Notes under the pieces: generated by a model
The model's input: only the letters and a program-made list of their open reading frames with translations
Databases searched by the model: none
Told to the model about the DNA's origin: nothing
Assembly (NCBI GenBank): GCA_018992565.1
Contig: JACVGW010000015.1
Location: 1-41,151, forward strand
Reading direction: 5' to 3'
DNA length: 41,151 nt
Origin: Theionarchaea archaeon
GTDB taxonomy: Archaea > Methanobacteriota_B > Thermococci > Methanofastidiosales > SZ-28-30
Position numbers and translations under genes: made by a program
Part shown: in pieces, positions 27,362 to 37,228 of the stretch
Layout: every line of letters begins with the position of its first letter
Numbering within the stretch: position 1 is the stretch's first letter

Positions 27362-28654
27362 GTGAGAATATCACTGGTTTTTCCACCCTCAAAAGTGGGA
27401 GGATGCTTCAGGGGAGATCCTGAATTGTGGCCCCCTCTGGGAGTACTGTACCTGGCCGCAGTGCTGGAAGAGGAGGGACACACAGTCGACGTCATTGACA
27501 GTACAATTCTCACCAGGGCCCAGTATGAAACCAGGATCAACTCCATTCATGCGGATATGGTGGGCATTTCTGCGTCTTTTGGTCAGATAGAGGCCACTCT
27601 AAACCTTGCCAAAATGATGAAAGAGTGTTGTATACCTGTTGTGGTGGGGGGCCCGGGTCCCAGCAGTATGGGCCCTGAATTGTTTCTCACCTGGTGTGAC
27701 TATGTGGTGAAGGGGGAAGGCGAAGAGACCTTCTCAGATATTGCTCTCCACATAGAAGCAGGAGAGATGCCCCCTGTAAAGGGGAGCTACACACAGGTCA
27801 ATGGTAGCCCGGTATCTCCGGGGACCCGGCCACCAATCAAGAATATTGACGCTGTGCCCTTCCCTGCACGAGAGAAAGTTACCATCACTGACTATGTGAA
27901 GCACTGGAAATCAACCTATCCAAAGGCAGTCACGTCTATCCTTTCTTCGAGGGGATGCCCTTTTCATTGCATATTCTGCTCAAAATCGGTATTCGGCACA
28001 AAATTCAGGGCACGGTCTGCAGACAACCTTGCTCAGGAACTGCAGGTCATTCAGGAACTTGGATTTGACAGAGTCTGGTTTGTAGATGATCTTTTCGTTT
28101 ATAATAGAAAAAGAGTGAAGGAAATCTGCGAAACGATACGAAGAGAGAAAATTGATATAGAATGGGCATGCCAGGCGCGGGTAGAACTCATGGACAGAGA
28201 ACTGCTCTCGCTTATGAAGTCTTCGGGTCTCGTCTGTATCGCGTTTGGAGTAGAATCAGGAAGCCAGAGACTTGTTGACTGGTACAACAAGGGGTTCACC
28301 CTTGACCAGTGCAGAGCTGTCTTTTCCATGTGCCACCACATGAAGATTGCAGCTCATGCGTATTTCATAGTGGGTGCTCCTGTTGAAACACCAGATGATA
28401 TTGAGCAAACCAAAGGGTTCATACGAGAGATCAACCCAGCATACGCAATCTTCTCTGTTCTGACTCCCTATCCCGGGACTCCACTGTACAGCCAGTACAA
28501 CCCTTCAGGTGACCTGGACGAACTCGATGATGCCAGGAAGTCAGCCATTGCTGGACAGGAACATGCAGAGAAAAAGAGAGAGGAAATGGAAGAATTCTAC
28601 GCTGCATTCAAAGCAGAAAGAGGGGAAAAACCACTACTTCTTGGTGAAATTTAA
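27362..28654 (+). CDS. B12-binding domain radical SAM enzyme
   Basis: 'PPLGVLYL', 'GEGE', 'SRGCPFHCIFC', 'GVESGS'; start placed at GTG 27362 with GGTGA RBS. Confidence 0.92.
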   Translation: MRISLVFPPSKVGGCFRGDPELWPPLGVLYLAAVLEEEGHTVDVIDSTILTRAQYETRINSIHADMVGISASFGQIEATLNLAKMMKECCIPVVVGGPGPSSMGPELFLTWCDYVVKGEGEETFSDIALHIEAGEMPPVKGSYTQVNGSPVSPGTRPPIKNIDAVPFPAREKVTITDYVKHWKSTYPKAVTSILSSRGCPFHCIFCSKSVFGTKFRARSADNLAQELQVIQELGFDRVWFVDDLFVYNRKRVKEICETIRREKIDIEWACQARVELMDRELLSLMKSSGLVCIAFGVESGSQRLVDWYNKGFTLDQCRAVFSMCHHMKIAAHAYFIVGAPVETPDDIEQTKGFIREINPAYAIFSVLTPYPGTPLYSQYNPSGDLDELDDARKSAIAGQEHAEKKREEMEEFYAAFKAERGEKPLLLGEI

Positions 28655-28680
28655 CCCATACTGACCCTGAACCATGTCAG

Positions 28681-30000
28681 TCACACATCTTCTTGAACCA
28701 TATCAGGCAGTTCATCCTCCACGTGCCGCAACCGTGAGTACATGATACTCACAAAAGAAACAATCATCATGACAGCACCCAGTATGATGAACATGAGCCC
28801 GATACCTCTGCCGGGACCTGTGCCGATGACCTGCCCCAGATTTGCTGCCAGCATTCCGCCTGGTGCCATCATGGGTTCAAATACTTGGTCTGCCAGCGGT
28901 CCTGCCAGGAGATAAGAAAGAGGTGTTGTGGACCATGCAATCATACTTCGCACTGAGAAGACACGTCCCTGGACATCTGGAGGGGTCTTTACCTGCCAGA
29001 TAGCCTGACTGCATCCATTAATGATAGGAAGAGTGAAGAATCCCACGAAATTTGCAGCTGCAATGAGCACGGGGTCCGGGCGCACACCACTCATGATGAC
29101 TGCAGCCCCCAGTACAAATCCGAATCCCACCACGCCATACACGCGCTTTTTGGGACCTCCCCATGTACTCAGGGCAAATCCCCCCAGCAACATTCCCACA
29201 CCTCCTACTGACTCCACGCTGCCCAGAACGGCGGGAGAGGCAAAACTCAATATCATGGGGGTGAATAACACGGTAAAGAATGCAAAAGAGAAATTGGCTC
29301 CTGCAAAGAAGAGAAGCAACGCCAGAAGGCCCACACGTGCTCTAATATATCTCCACCCAAAGGCAGCTTCATGGAGCAACGAACCCCCTGCTTCCTCTCC
29401 CTCAGACGAGGTAACAGGTGACGGGATTCTCGTAGCCAACAACGTGGTCACAGCAAAGAGAAATGTGACAAAATCTATGATCAGGACCCCCCACACATCA
29501 ATGGCAACAATGAGTATTCCCGCAATAATTGGTGACAGAATTCGGGATATCGCCTGCCCTGTTTGTACCATTCCACTGGCACGGGTGAGATGCCTCTTGG
29601 GAACCAGCAGTGTGGTGGCAGCAACATACGCAGGCCACTGAAAGGTGCTGAGAACAGAGCTCAATCCAATGGTTATGTAGATATGCCAGACTGCAAGACG
29701 CTGCGTATACAGCAGTACTGCAATAACCAGGGTGCAGAGCCCGGCTCCACAATCACTCAGTATCATTACCCACCGTCTGTCCCACCGGTCTACCAGAGCG
29801 CCTGCAAAAGGAGAAGCCAGAATGCCCGGCACAGCTGCAGACAATGCGATAAGGGTGAACTGCGTGACAGACCCTGTTGTCAGGAATATCCATACACCCA
29901 GTGCAAATCCAGTTAGCCCAGATCCAATCAGGGAGACAAATTGCCCTATCCATATAACAAGAAAGGTGGTCATACTCTGGACTGAAACCTGCTGGGTCAT
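28681..30000 (-). CDS. MFS efflux transporter (macrolide-efflux/DHA3-like)
   Basis: 'IWIGQFVSLIGSGLT', 'AGALVDRWDRR', 'QVKTPPDVQGRVFS'; about 12 hydrophobic helices. Confidence 0.9.
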   Translation of the reverse strand: MTQQVSVQSMTTFLVIWIGQFVSLIGSGLTGFALGVWIFLTTGSVTQFTLIALSAAVPGILASPFAGALVDRWDRRWVMILSDCGAGLCTLVIAVLLYTQRLAVWHIYITIGLSSVLSTFQWPAYVAATTLLVPKRHLTRASGMVQTGQAISRILSPIIAGILIVAIDVWGVLIIDFVTFLFAVTTLLATRIPSPVTSSEGEEAGGSLLHEAAFGWRYIRARVGLLALLLFFAGANFSFAFFTVLFTPMILSFASPAVLGSVESVGGVGMLLGGFALSTWGGPKKRVYGVVGFGFVLGAAVIMSGVRPDPVLIAAANFVGFFTLPIINGCSQAIWQVKTPPDVQGRVFSVRSMIAWSTTPLSYLLAGPLADQVFEPMMAPGGMLAANLGQVIGTGPGRGIGLMFIILGAVMMIVSFVSIMYSRLRHVEDELPDMVQEDV

Positions 30001-30081
30001 CTCAACACCTGACTCATCCTGAATGAACCTCTCTCTTCAAATCGTTCCTGTATAAACCCTCTGGTCTGTCTCAGAGACCCA

Positions 30082-30549
30082 CTAATCCTGGGGAACTTCA
30101 TACGGGTAACAGCGGATATCAGAATATACCACCCCTCTTTCAGCCCTGGCTTTCTGTTCTTCAATCCATTTTTCCATCCCGATTTCGTTGATACGCATTC
30201 CATCTGACAGCAATGTGGGATATCCTCTGGCAAGTTCGCGAATTCTGTGACAGGGATACTCCTCACAAGACACGCATGCATCGAGACCTTTCTTCTGGCA
30301 GCATGTGCGTATCGAGCAGAAAGGAGGCCCTCCTCCCTGCCGACATCCAGAACAGACTTTCTGAGGATCGCAGAGGCTTCGCAAAAAGCCCCAGAAGTTT
30401 TCAAAGTCGGGAATCTCTTTCCCCCAGACAGGGTACCCTTCTTCTTCCATTGATTTTTGAAGAGCCTGAGCCTGGTGGGGAATCCTCGCCCGGGCCGAAC
30501 AGAGCTCACAGAACAATCCGCAGAAGGTGACATTCTCCAGATTAGACAT
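30082..30549 (-). CDS. Cys-rich DUF3795-like protein
   Basis: 'CGLFCELC...CSGCR...CSIRTCC...CVSCEEYPC' pattern. Confidence 0.75.
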   Translation of the reverse strand: MSNLENVTFCGLFCELCSARARIPHQAQALQKSMEEEGYPVWGKEIPDFENFWGFLRSLCDPQKVCSGCRQGGGPPFCSIRTCCQKKGLDACVSCEEYPCHRIRELARGYPTLLSDGMRINEIGMEKWIEEQKARAERGVVYSDIRCYPYEVPQD

Positions 30550-30850
30550 GCATTCTCTCTGCTGCCCAGTCTAATAAATGTATGCAGGGGCAAACATTCT
30601 AAGGCCGCAATGTTGTCCTGTCTTGTTTTCCAGGGTACTCCGCATTCGGGCTACGTATCTCCCTGTTCAACATACAGGAATTCCTCGCTGCACGTATTTC
30701 AGGAATCTCTTGAACATCACCAGTAGCTGGATTCATATCTCTTTATGGCACTGCATCCCCCTTTTTTCGAGAGAGTCGTTATTTTTAAATGGGAAATATC
30801 GCTGAAATCATTGTTTATCTTCCAATTATATTGGAAAAAGCCGATTTCAA

Positions 30851-30876
30851 CCGAAATATTTATATAGGGGTACCCC
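30851..30876 (+). promoter_or_regulatory. BRE/TATA promoter followed by GGGGTACCCC palindrome
   Basis: CCGAAATA-TTTATATA (TATA 30859-30866); perfect 10-bp palindrome 30867-30876. Confidence 0.6.
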
Positions 30877-30884
30877 CTTACTAG

Positions 30885-31021
30885 CCTGAAGCACAGCTCA
30901 AAGCTGCGAAGAAGGAAATTTGAAGCGAATCCAGCCGACCTCGACGAAGGGTGGTGAAAGACAACAACCGTCGTGATTCGGAAATCCTCCATTCCGAATC
31001 ACGACAAATCTCTTTTCTCTT
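30885..31021 (+). ncRNA. Putative small non-coding RNA ending in 14-bp hairpin and U-rich tail
   Basis: Consensus promoter upstream, no convincing ORF, perfect stem 30970-30983/30992-31005, then TCTCTTTTCTCTT. Confidence 0.45.
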
Positions 31022-31091
31022 AGACAGAATTAAGAATAGATCATCCCAAATGTTTTTATGCTTACCCATGAATGGGATATGAGGGTTTTTC

Positions 31092-31781
31092 ATGAACATC
31101 AAGACTGTGCTTGAAGAAATGGCCGATCAATTCAGGAAGAAAATTGATAAAATGTACCATTTCACCGTGCAATTCCACATGAAGGACAGCAATGAAGTAT
31201 ACCACATTACCATTAAAGATAAAATAGTCCAGGTGTGTGAAGGAGTGCATCCCTGTCCCGAACTCCACCTTTATACTACAAGCAAAACACTGGAAGACAT
31301 ATTCCGGGGTAAAATGACAGCTTTCACAGCTGCAGGAAAAGCCCGCCTCTCCGATACACCTCCCCTTGACTGGGAAATAGCTGAACAGGGAAAAGCACAT
31401 CCCCGCATACAGGCTGCGCTGTACTTCTTTGTGATGCACTTCTTTAATACAGAAGATCCTGAAGTAATCGAGCTTGCTGAAGAGCATGCCCGCGTCGTTC
31501 ACGGTGGACATGCTATTCCACTCTACTACCATCCAGGGTTCAGGAGTGCCTGGTTTACAGTGAGGAAGGGGGAACAGATCAATGATCCAAAAGATACGAA
31601 CCCGTTTCCCCAGGCTTTTATTATCATTCAGGGGACAGGATGGGCAAAGATAGGCCAGAAGACAATCCCTGTAGAGGTATCACATTCATACTATGTCCCA
31701 CCCAATACAGAACACATTGTGTGGACTGACCATAGCGAGCCTCTCACTCTTATCTGGCTTGCATGGGGAGAGGGTGCTTAA
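31092..31781 (+). CDS. SCP2 (sterol carrier)-like domain fused to cupin domain
   Basis: N-terminal 'LEDIFRGKMTAFTAAGK' SCP2-like; C-terminal 'FIIIQGTG...YYVPPNTEHIVW' cupin barrel. Confidence 0.7.
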   Translation: MNIKTVLEEMADQFRKKIDKMYHFTVQFHMKDSNEVYHITIKDKIVQVCEGVHPCPELHLYTTSKTLEDIFRGKMTAFTAAGKARLSDTPPLDWEIAEQGKAHPRIQAALYFFVMHFFNTEDPEVIELAEEHARVVHGGHAIPLYYHPGFRSAWFTVRKGEQINDPKDTNPFPQAFIIIQGTGWAKIGQKTIPVEVSHSYYVPPNTEHIVWTDHSEPLTLIWLAWGEGA

Positions 31782-31794
31782 CCTGGACCTGGGC

Positions 31795-32523
31795 TCATGG
31801 TGCGGAGTTCCTGGAGTCCAACAATCTCTGGAACCTGTCATTGACCACTTTTATGTACTGCTCCCGGGGAACGAGTTCACTCTTGACCTGTTCCAGGAAC
31901 TCTTCTGATATCTTCCCTTCTTTCGCCAGTTGATATCCTGCCTGACGCGCTGCCTCAAAAATATGGTCAATTGAAATTCCGTATTTTTCGAAGTGTGGCA
32001 GAGAAGAGCCATAGGGGCGCACCAGGGCTCCTGCAAACTGCTGCCCCATGTTTTTACAGATAGCTTTCACGTGAGCAATCAGTGGATCAAAATTGTCCAC
32101 TTCAGTAAACCCACAGACTGATACCAGGACAACCTTTCCCGGGACAACGTGCTCCCGTAGAGGATGTCTGCAGTGGTTGTCACTCACCTGGAAAAAGGCT
32201 TCTACCAGTGGAATCATCCTGTCAATCAGCGTTTTCATGACACCTGTCATGCCATCCACATAGACGGGGGAAGCCAGGACTACAACATCTGATGCAGCTA
32301 TCTTCTCAAGCAACATCTGCACATCATCCTTCTGGAAACAGTGCCCAGGCGTTTCAAACCAGCATCTGAAACACCCTCTGCAGGGCTTGATGTCCATCTG
32401 GTACAGGTAGTACGTCTCTGTCTCCGCCCCACCTCTTTTCATTCCCTCAAGGAAGGCTTCAAGCAGCAGCGCAGTACCTCCTTTTTCCAGATTGGGGCTA
32501 CTATTGAGAGCTGTCACGTTCAT
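31795..32523 (-). CDS. Flavodoxin-like NAD(P)H-dependent FMN reductase / iron-sulfur flavoprotein
   Basis: 'NSSP...GGT', 'PCRGCFRCW...C...DD', 'ASPVY', 'MKTLIDR'. Confidence 0.88.
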   Translation of the reverse strand: MNVTALNSSPNLEKGGTALLLEAFLEGMKRGGAETETYYLYQMDIKPCRGCFRCWFETPGHCFQKDDVQMLLEKIAASDVVVLASPVYVDGMTGVMKTLIDRMIPLVEAFFQVSDNHCRHPLREHVVPGKVVLVSVCGFTEVDNFDPLIAHVKAICKNMGQQFAGALVRPYGSSLPHFEKYGISIDHIFEAARQAGYQLAKEGKISEEFLEQVKSELVPREQYIKVVNDRFQRLLDSRNSAP

Positions 32524-32722
32524 TACATCAACCTCATATTACGTACTATCTATGTCTTTTAGCACTTCGTATCTTCCGTGCTGAACCCTGTCTCATTTCA
32601 CTTCTCCATGGTCCCCATGTCTGCGTGACATTACCAATTTCCGCTATTCTCGAAAATTCTGTGGCGCATACCAGCTGAACCAGGGGAAAAACGTTTTTAA
32701 GGGTATCCAAGTAGTAAGAGTA

Positions 32723-34015
32723 ATGAATATCTATGCTTTAGGTGGTTACGAAGAAGTGGGCAAGAACATGACTGCTGTAGAAGTTGGTGACGAAGTGGTC
32801 ATCATAGACATGGGGCTCCGTATTGACAGGATGATGATTCATGAAGACACCGATGTTCACTCTCTTCAGGAACAGGAACTCCGGAAAATAGGTGCTGTCC
32901 CGGATGATCGCCTGCTGGCTGGAAAAAAAGTGGTGGGCATTGTTCTCTCCCATGGACATCTGGATCACATTGGGGCAGTTTCCAAGATGGCCATAAAATA
33001 CGAATGTCCCATTGTGGGCAGACCATTCACAGCAAATATTGTGAGACAGCTCATGAAAGATGATGGAGAATCCGATAAAAACGTAATTACTGTGGAAAAG
33101 GAAGGATATCTAGGTGATTTCAAATTTGAATTCATAAATGTTACCCATTCAATTCCTCATTCCTCAATTGTAGCCTTATACACCCGGGAAGGTGATGTCC
33201 TCTATGCCAATGACTACAAGCTGGATCCCCACCCCCCCATTGGCGAGAAAACCGACTTTCAGAAGTTGAAAGGTGTCAACCCGAGAGTCCTGATTATTGA
33301 ATCAGTGCGGGTGAGAGAACAGAAGAAAACACCATCAGAGAGAATTGCAGTCATGATGCTGGAGGACTTCTTTCACGATGAGAATTTCGAATTTGATTGT
33401 CTTATTTCCACGACCTTCTCGTCCCACGTTTCACGGGTTCGCACCCTGGTGGAGGCCTCGCGCAAGATTGGAAGAACACCGGTACTCCTTGGAAGGTCAC
33501 TGTGCAGATACTGGAGTGCTGCCATGGAAGAGAATATCGTATCCCAGGACGTGCTGCGGATCTCCCGCCGTGGTGCTCTCAACAAATTCCTCAAAGAGGC
33601 ACGGGAAGACCACTCAGCCTATTCACTGATAGTCACCGGTCACCAGGGGGAACCTGATGCTGTCCTGTCACGAATCACTGACGGGAAAACACCCTACACC
33701 TTCTCCACAGGTGATTGTGTTGTCTTCTCAGCTTCTACCATCCCGAACCCTGTTAATGAAGCCAATCGGTACATCCTGGAGACGAAATTGATGATGAAAA
33801 ACGTGAGAATGGTAAAAGACATGCATGTTTCAGGCCATGCTTCCAAAGAGGACCACCGTGAGTTACTGAGGGCAGTCAGTCCCGAGTTCATTATCCCCTC
33901 TCATGGTGAGTTTGACAGGCTCTCCTCATGGGGAGTCCTGGGGGAGGAGGAGGGATACCAGGTTGGAAAGGACCTGTTCATCTTGAAGAATAACCAGAAA
34001 ATGAAAGTGCCCTAG
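32723..34015 (+). CDS. rnj: Archaeal ribonuclease J (beta-CASP)
   Basis: 'LGGYEEVGKNMTA', 'SHGHLDHIG', 'HSIP', 'DYK', 'TGHQGEP', 'HVSGHA', 'PSHG'. Confidence 0.93.
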   Translation: MNIYALGGYEEVGKNMTAVEVGDEVVIIDMGLRIDRMMIHEDTDVHSLQEQELRKIGAVPDDRLLAGKKVVGIVLSHGHLDHIGAVSKMAIKYECPIVGRPFTANIVRQLMKDDGESDKNVITVEKEGYLGDFKFEFINVTHSIPHSSIVALYTREGDVLYANDYKLDPHPPIGEKTDFQKLKGVNPRVLIIESVRVREQKKTPSERIAVMMLEDFFHDENFEFDCLISTTFSSHVSRVRTLVEASRKIGRTPVLLGRSLCRYWSAAMEENIVSQDVLRISRRGALNKFLKEAREDHSAYSLIVTGHQGEPDAVLSRITDGKTPYTFSTGDCVVFSASTIPNPVNEANRYILETKLMMKNVRMVKDMHVSGHASKEDHRELLRAVSPEFIIPSHGEFDRLSSWGVLGEEEGYQVGKDLFILKNNQKMKVP

Positions 34016-34106
34016 CATTCTCCACGCTGTCTCCCAGATAGATGAAGGAATCGGTGTATTTTCACCTGTGAGAAACATTTATAAGATCACACCCTGCATT
34101 CCTAGT

Positions 34107-34685
34107 ATGATTTCCAACAGGATAAAAATTGGTGTTGGACTGGTCATTATTCTTATAGGGTTCAGTGTTTACTGCACATACGCTGCAGCTCATGCTTTTG
34201 ACACAGAGACAGAACCAGAGACCTATTCTTTTCCTCTGGTTGTAGAAGACAATACGCTGGAGGTCACCATGACAAATTATGTTGGAGGAGACCCCAACAA
34301 GATGATCCAGTATACCATTGTCAATCCAGGTGTGAGAAGCGTATACATTCTGTTCAAGGCTTCAGAGCTGGAGACTGATAACCCGTCTCTGGTCAAAGCT
34401 ACAGCCAGCGTGGGAGAAGCACTGGGTGCTGCCATTGGAAGGGGAGATCTCAATATGACTCCTGATGATGTCATACCTAGAGAAATCACCTGGTTCCGGA
34501 GAGTCCTCATTTACTCCGGTATAGTGGGCACAGAGTCCAAGCCAATAATCTACTTCAAGACCCCCAACGTGGGAGGAACAGAGGACCGGATCATTGTCAT
34601 GAAGCACATCATCATCCTGGAGTCTTCAACCTATGAAAATGCCATTATGTTGGCATCCTACATCAGATATCTGGTGATGTCGTGA
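34107..34685 (+). CDS. Hypothetical membrane-anchored protein
   Basis: N-terminal hydrophobic helix; first gene of a coupled three-gene operon; TTTATAAG box just upstream of ATG 34107 (ORF track start 34068). Confidence 0.7.
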   Translation: MISNRIKIGVGLVIILIGFSVYCTYAAAHAFDTETEPETYSFPLVVEDNTLEVTMTNYVGGDPNKMIQYTIVNPGVRSVYILFKASELETDNPSLVKATASVGEALGAAIGRGDLNMTPDDVIPREITWFRRVLIYSGIVGTESKPIIYFKTPNVGGTEDRIIVMKHIIILESSTYENAIMLASYIRYLVMS

Positions 34686-35482
34686 GGGTTTCAGTGGTTG
34701 ATATTGCAGTGATTGTGATTTTAGGGTTGTCTCTCTTCTCTTTTTCCACGAAATATCAGCCAAAATATGAATTTGAGTATTCAGGGTCTCAAATTTACAA
34801 GATGGTTCAGGAGTGCGAAATCCAGGACGCCACAGGGTTCCTGTACACAGTATTTGTGAAAGGGTATTGGAATGCAGATATTGGTCATTTTGAACAGGAA
34901 GGGTTCGTCACTGACACTGGGAGGGGATACTTTGAGATGGTCCTCCATGATGGTAGAATAATCAGCGTGGGGGGAAAACAGAGCTACAGGGAAGATATCC
35001 AGGCAGTAGATATTACCTTACAGCTCAAGAGCAAGTCTTCTGTATTCTATGTGTTGAAACCTTTCAAGGGTTCAACATCAGAAGTCAGAGCGCGTATTGA
35101 AGCATCATCTTCATTCATCACATATCCACAAGAGGACACTGCCATCTCCTGTGTACTGACTGTGGAAGCTGACGCTGCTCCTGACATTACGCTTGAAGCT
35201 GAAGTAGAGGACACGTTGCGAAAAGCGATCTTCTACATGAAGAAAGCAGATGTCGTGTTACAGGAAAACGGGATGACTATCACTGTAGAACGGTTGTCAA
35301 TGAAGGATTTTGACACTCTTTTTGACATTCTGGAGCAGTATTTTTCTATTGGATCTGTATTCACGGGGGACATTGAAGTCGTGTACCAGACTGCAGAGGA
35401 AATTGAGGTCGAGGACGTTCCAGTGCTGGAATCATACCAGGATGAACATATATATCCGGGAAGTGTGCATGTGAGGGTATAG
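34682..35482 (+). CDS. Hypothetical membrane-anchored protein
   Basis: 266-aa ORF, N-terminal hydrophobic helix, GTGA overlap with upstream gene. Confidence 0.7.
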   Translation: MRVSVVDIAVIVILGLSLFSFSTKYQPKYEFEYSGSQIYKMVQECEIQDATGFLYTVFVKGYWNADIGHFEQEGFVTDTGRGYFEMVLHDGRIISVGGKQSYREDIQAVDITLQLKSKSSVFYVLKPFKGSTSEVRARIEASSSFITYPQEDTAISCVLTVEADAAPDITLEAEVEDTLRKAIFYMKKADVVLQENGMTITVERLSMKDFDTLFDILEQYFSIGSVFTGDIEVVYQTAEEIEVEDVPVLESYQDEHIYPGSVHVRV

Positions 35483-35483
35483 T

Positions 35484-36893
35484 ATGCTGGAAGAAGCAGC
35501 ATCAAAGATAATCTCATTTCTGGAAGAAGAATATGAGAGGAGTGCCTATAAGAGATGTGTGGAGAGGGGGTTTGAGGTATTGCACTTCAAGGAGATCCCC
35601 AGGACTGAATGGGGCACATTTCCTGAGAAATTTATGAGTCCATACAGCTTTATCATTGTTTTTATTGTATTTCTGGGGTTATCAGACCACAGTCTTTCAG
35701 GCATGGGTACTCTGGGGATTGTGGTGGCACTTGCAGGATTCATAGTGGGTGTCAATCTGAAAAGGATGAAACTTCCCCAGGTGCCTGAGAAATACCTGTA
35801 TGTGCTGCTGGTGCTCTTCGGTGCTTGTCTTGTTGGGATGTTGTATAACTGGAGTCTGTTTCTGAAACTGGGGTTAGTACCCATGGTGTTGCTGTTTCTT
35901 ACACGGAAATACACCAAGGAAGTGTTCATTACAGTGTTTCTGGGAAGTCTTCTGGTTCTGTACAGGGGATTCTGGGGGGCTGCTCTACCTTTCACGCTTA
36001 TTTCGTTAGTTTTTCTGGCTACCGTGGTGAGGAGTTCTGTAGTTGACAGGAATCTGAAGGTGATCGCTTTCACCTTCCTGGGCGTAGGGGTGCTGTTCTG
36101 GGTTCTGGATGTGCTGTTATTTGGAGGGTTCCCACTGGTGCAGCCTGAAGCCAGGCGCTCTCTTGATGCTACATTTACCATGCTCTCTCACCTGCTGCCT
36201 ATCGGGTGTGTCATGGGAATTGTGATCACAAAGAACAGGACAGCTTCCATGGTGATGGTAGCCGTCTCAGTAATATTGATGGCACTTCTGGGATACAGGA
36301 CACAGGTGGTTCTGGTGATGCTTGCCTCCTGTATTGCTGCTCTGGCGACCAAGGTGATTACAGGGGCGGAAGCAGGACTGGTGCTGGCAGGTACGGGAGG
36401 GGTGGGACTAGCCCTCACAAGTCTGCGAGACGTCATCCTGAATACAGGGACAGGGGTCCTTGATGCTGTGAGAACCAGAATCAGTGTAACCCTGGACATT
36501 TATGATATGATGGCCAACCTGGGGGGAGTCCTGGGGTACACCAAGGGGCAGGTATATGTGGCAGCAGTACCCTCCCTGGCCAGGTTGATGCCCAAGTATG
36601 CATACAGCCCTCGGTGGTATATTGCTGAAATGGTAGGAATGAATGTGTCAGCAACATCTACGATTTTGGGGCCACTTGCTGTGGATTTTGGACTGGTGGG
36701 GATAGGACTGGGAATGGTCTTCTTGGGCTACTTGCTGTCTCGGTTGTATGAGAGGAAGACTGCACTGGGTGTATCACTCTACAGTATTGTACTGGCCTAC
36801 TCTATCATTGGGATTGAGACTGGTATTGTAGACCTTGAAGTGATCTTGATATTCTTCTTGTCATTTCTGTACACTCTCACTCTGAAATCATAG
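35484..36893 (+). CDS. Polytopic membrane protein, archaeal oligosaccharide repeat unit polymerase (Wzy-like) family
   Basis: More than 10 TM helices; 'LLGYRT', 'PRWYIA', 'TSTILGPLAVDFG', 'IGIETG' motifs recalled from this archaeal family. Confidence 0.65.
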   Translation: MLEEAASKIISFLEEEYERSAYKRCVERGFEVLHFKEIPRTEWGTFPEKFMSPYSFIIVFIVFLGLSDHSLSGMGTLGIVVALAGFIVGVNLKRMKLPQVPEKYLYVLLVLFGACLVGMLYNWSLFLKLGLVPMVLLFLTRKYTKEVFITVFLGSLLVLYRGFWGAALPFTLISLVFLATVVRSSVVDRNLKVIAFTFLGVGVLFWVLDVLLFGGFPLVQPEARRSLDATFTMLSHLLPIGCVMGIVITKNRTASMVMVAVSVILMALLGYRTQVVLVMLASCIAALATKVITGAEAGLVLAGTGGVGLALTSLRDVILNTGTGVLDAVRTRISVTLDIYDMMANLGGVLGYTKGQVYVAAVPSLARLMPKYAYSPRWYIAEMVGMNVSATSTILGPLAVDFGLVGIGLGMVFLGYLLSRLYERKTALGVSLYSIVLAYSIIGIETGIVDLEVILIFFLSFLYTLTLKS

Positions 36894-37228
36894 GGTTCAC
36901 TGAGAGACGTGACCATCTGTTTCTTCTGCCAGGAGAAGCAATGCAGATTCTAACCTCAGTGGATAATCAAGGAATCCCAATACGGAATTTGTTATCTCAA
37001 TAACCCCCGAATGATTCATGGGCAGGGAATTCAGAACGAGCATTGAAGCCTGCCTGCGCTATCCACCCTCACCTGAATTGGTGACAGGTATATCTCAAAG
37101 GAAAGAGAACCCTGTACCACAGGCAGCGTTATCGTACTGGTCCAACAAGCTGAACCAGAGACAGTGACCACAGACCACGGACCGGAACAATTAAGTAGTA
37201 ATTCTCACACCTTACCTGAGGTGAACTC

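Noticed and set aside
29021..29641. 206-aa plus-strand ORF (and similar ones at 10-585, 35546-36181)
   Set aside because: Antisense shadows of membrane-protein genes; no recognisable motifs.
36941..37003. Micro-ORF MQILTSVDNQGIPIRNLLSQ upstream of the GNAT gene
   Set aside because: Only a weak AGGAG, no clear TATA, no similarity to the other peptides.
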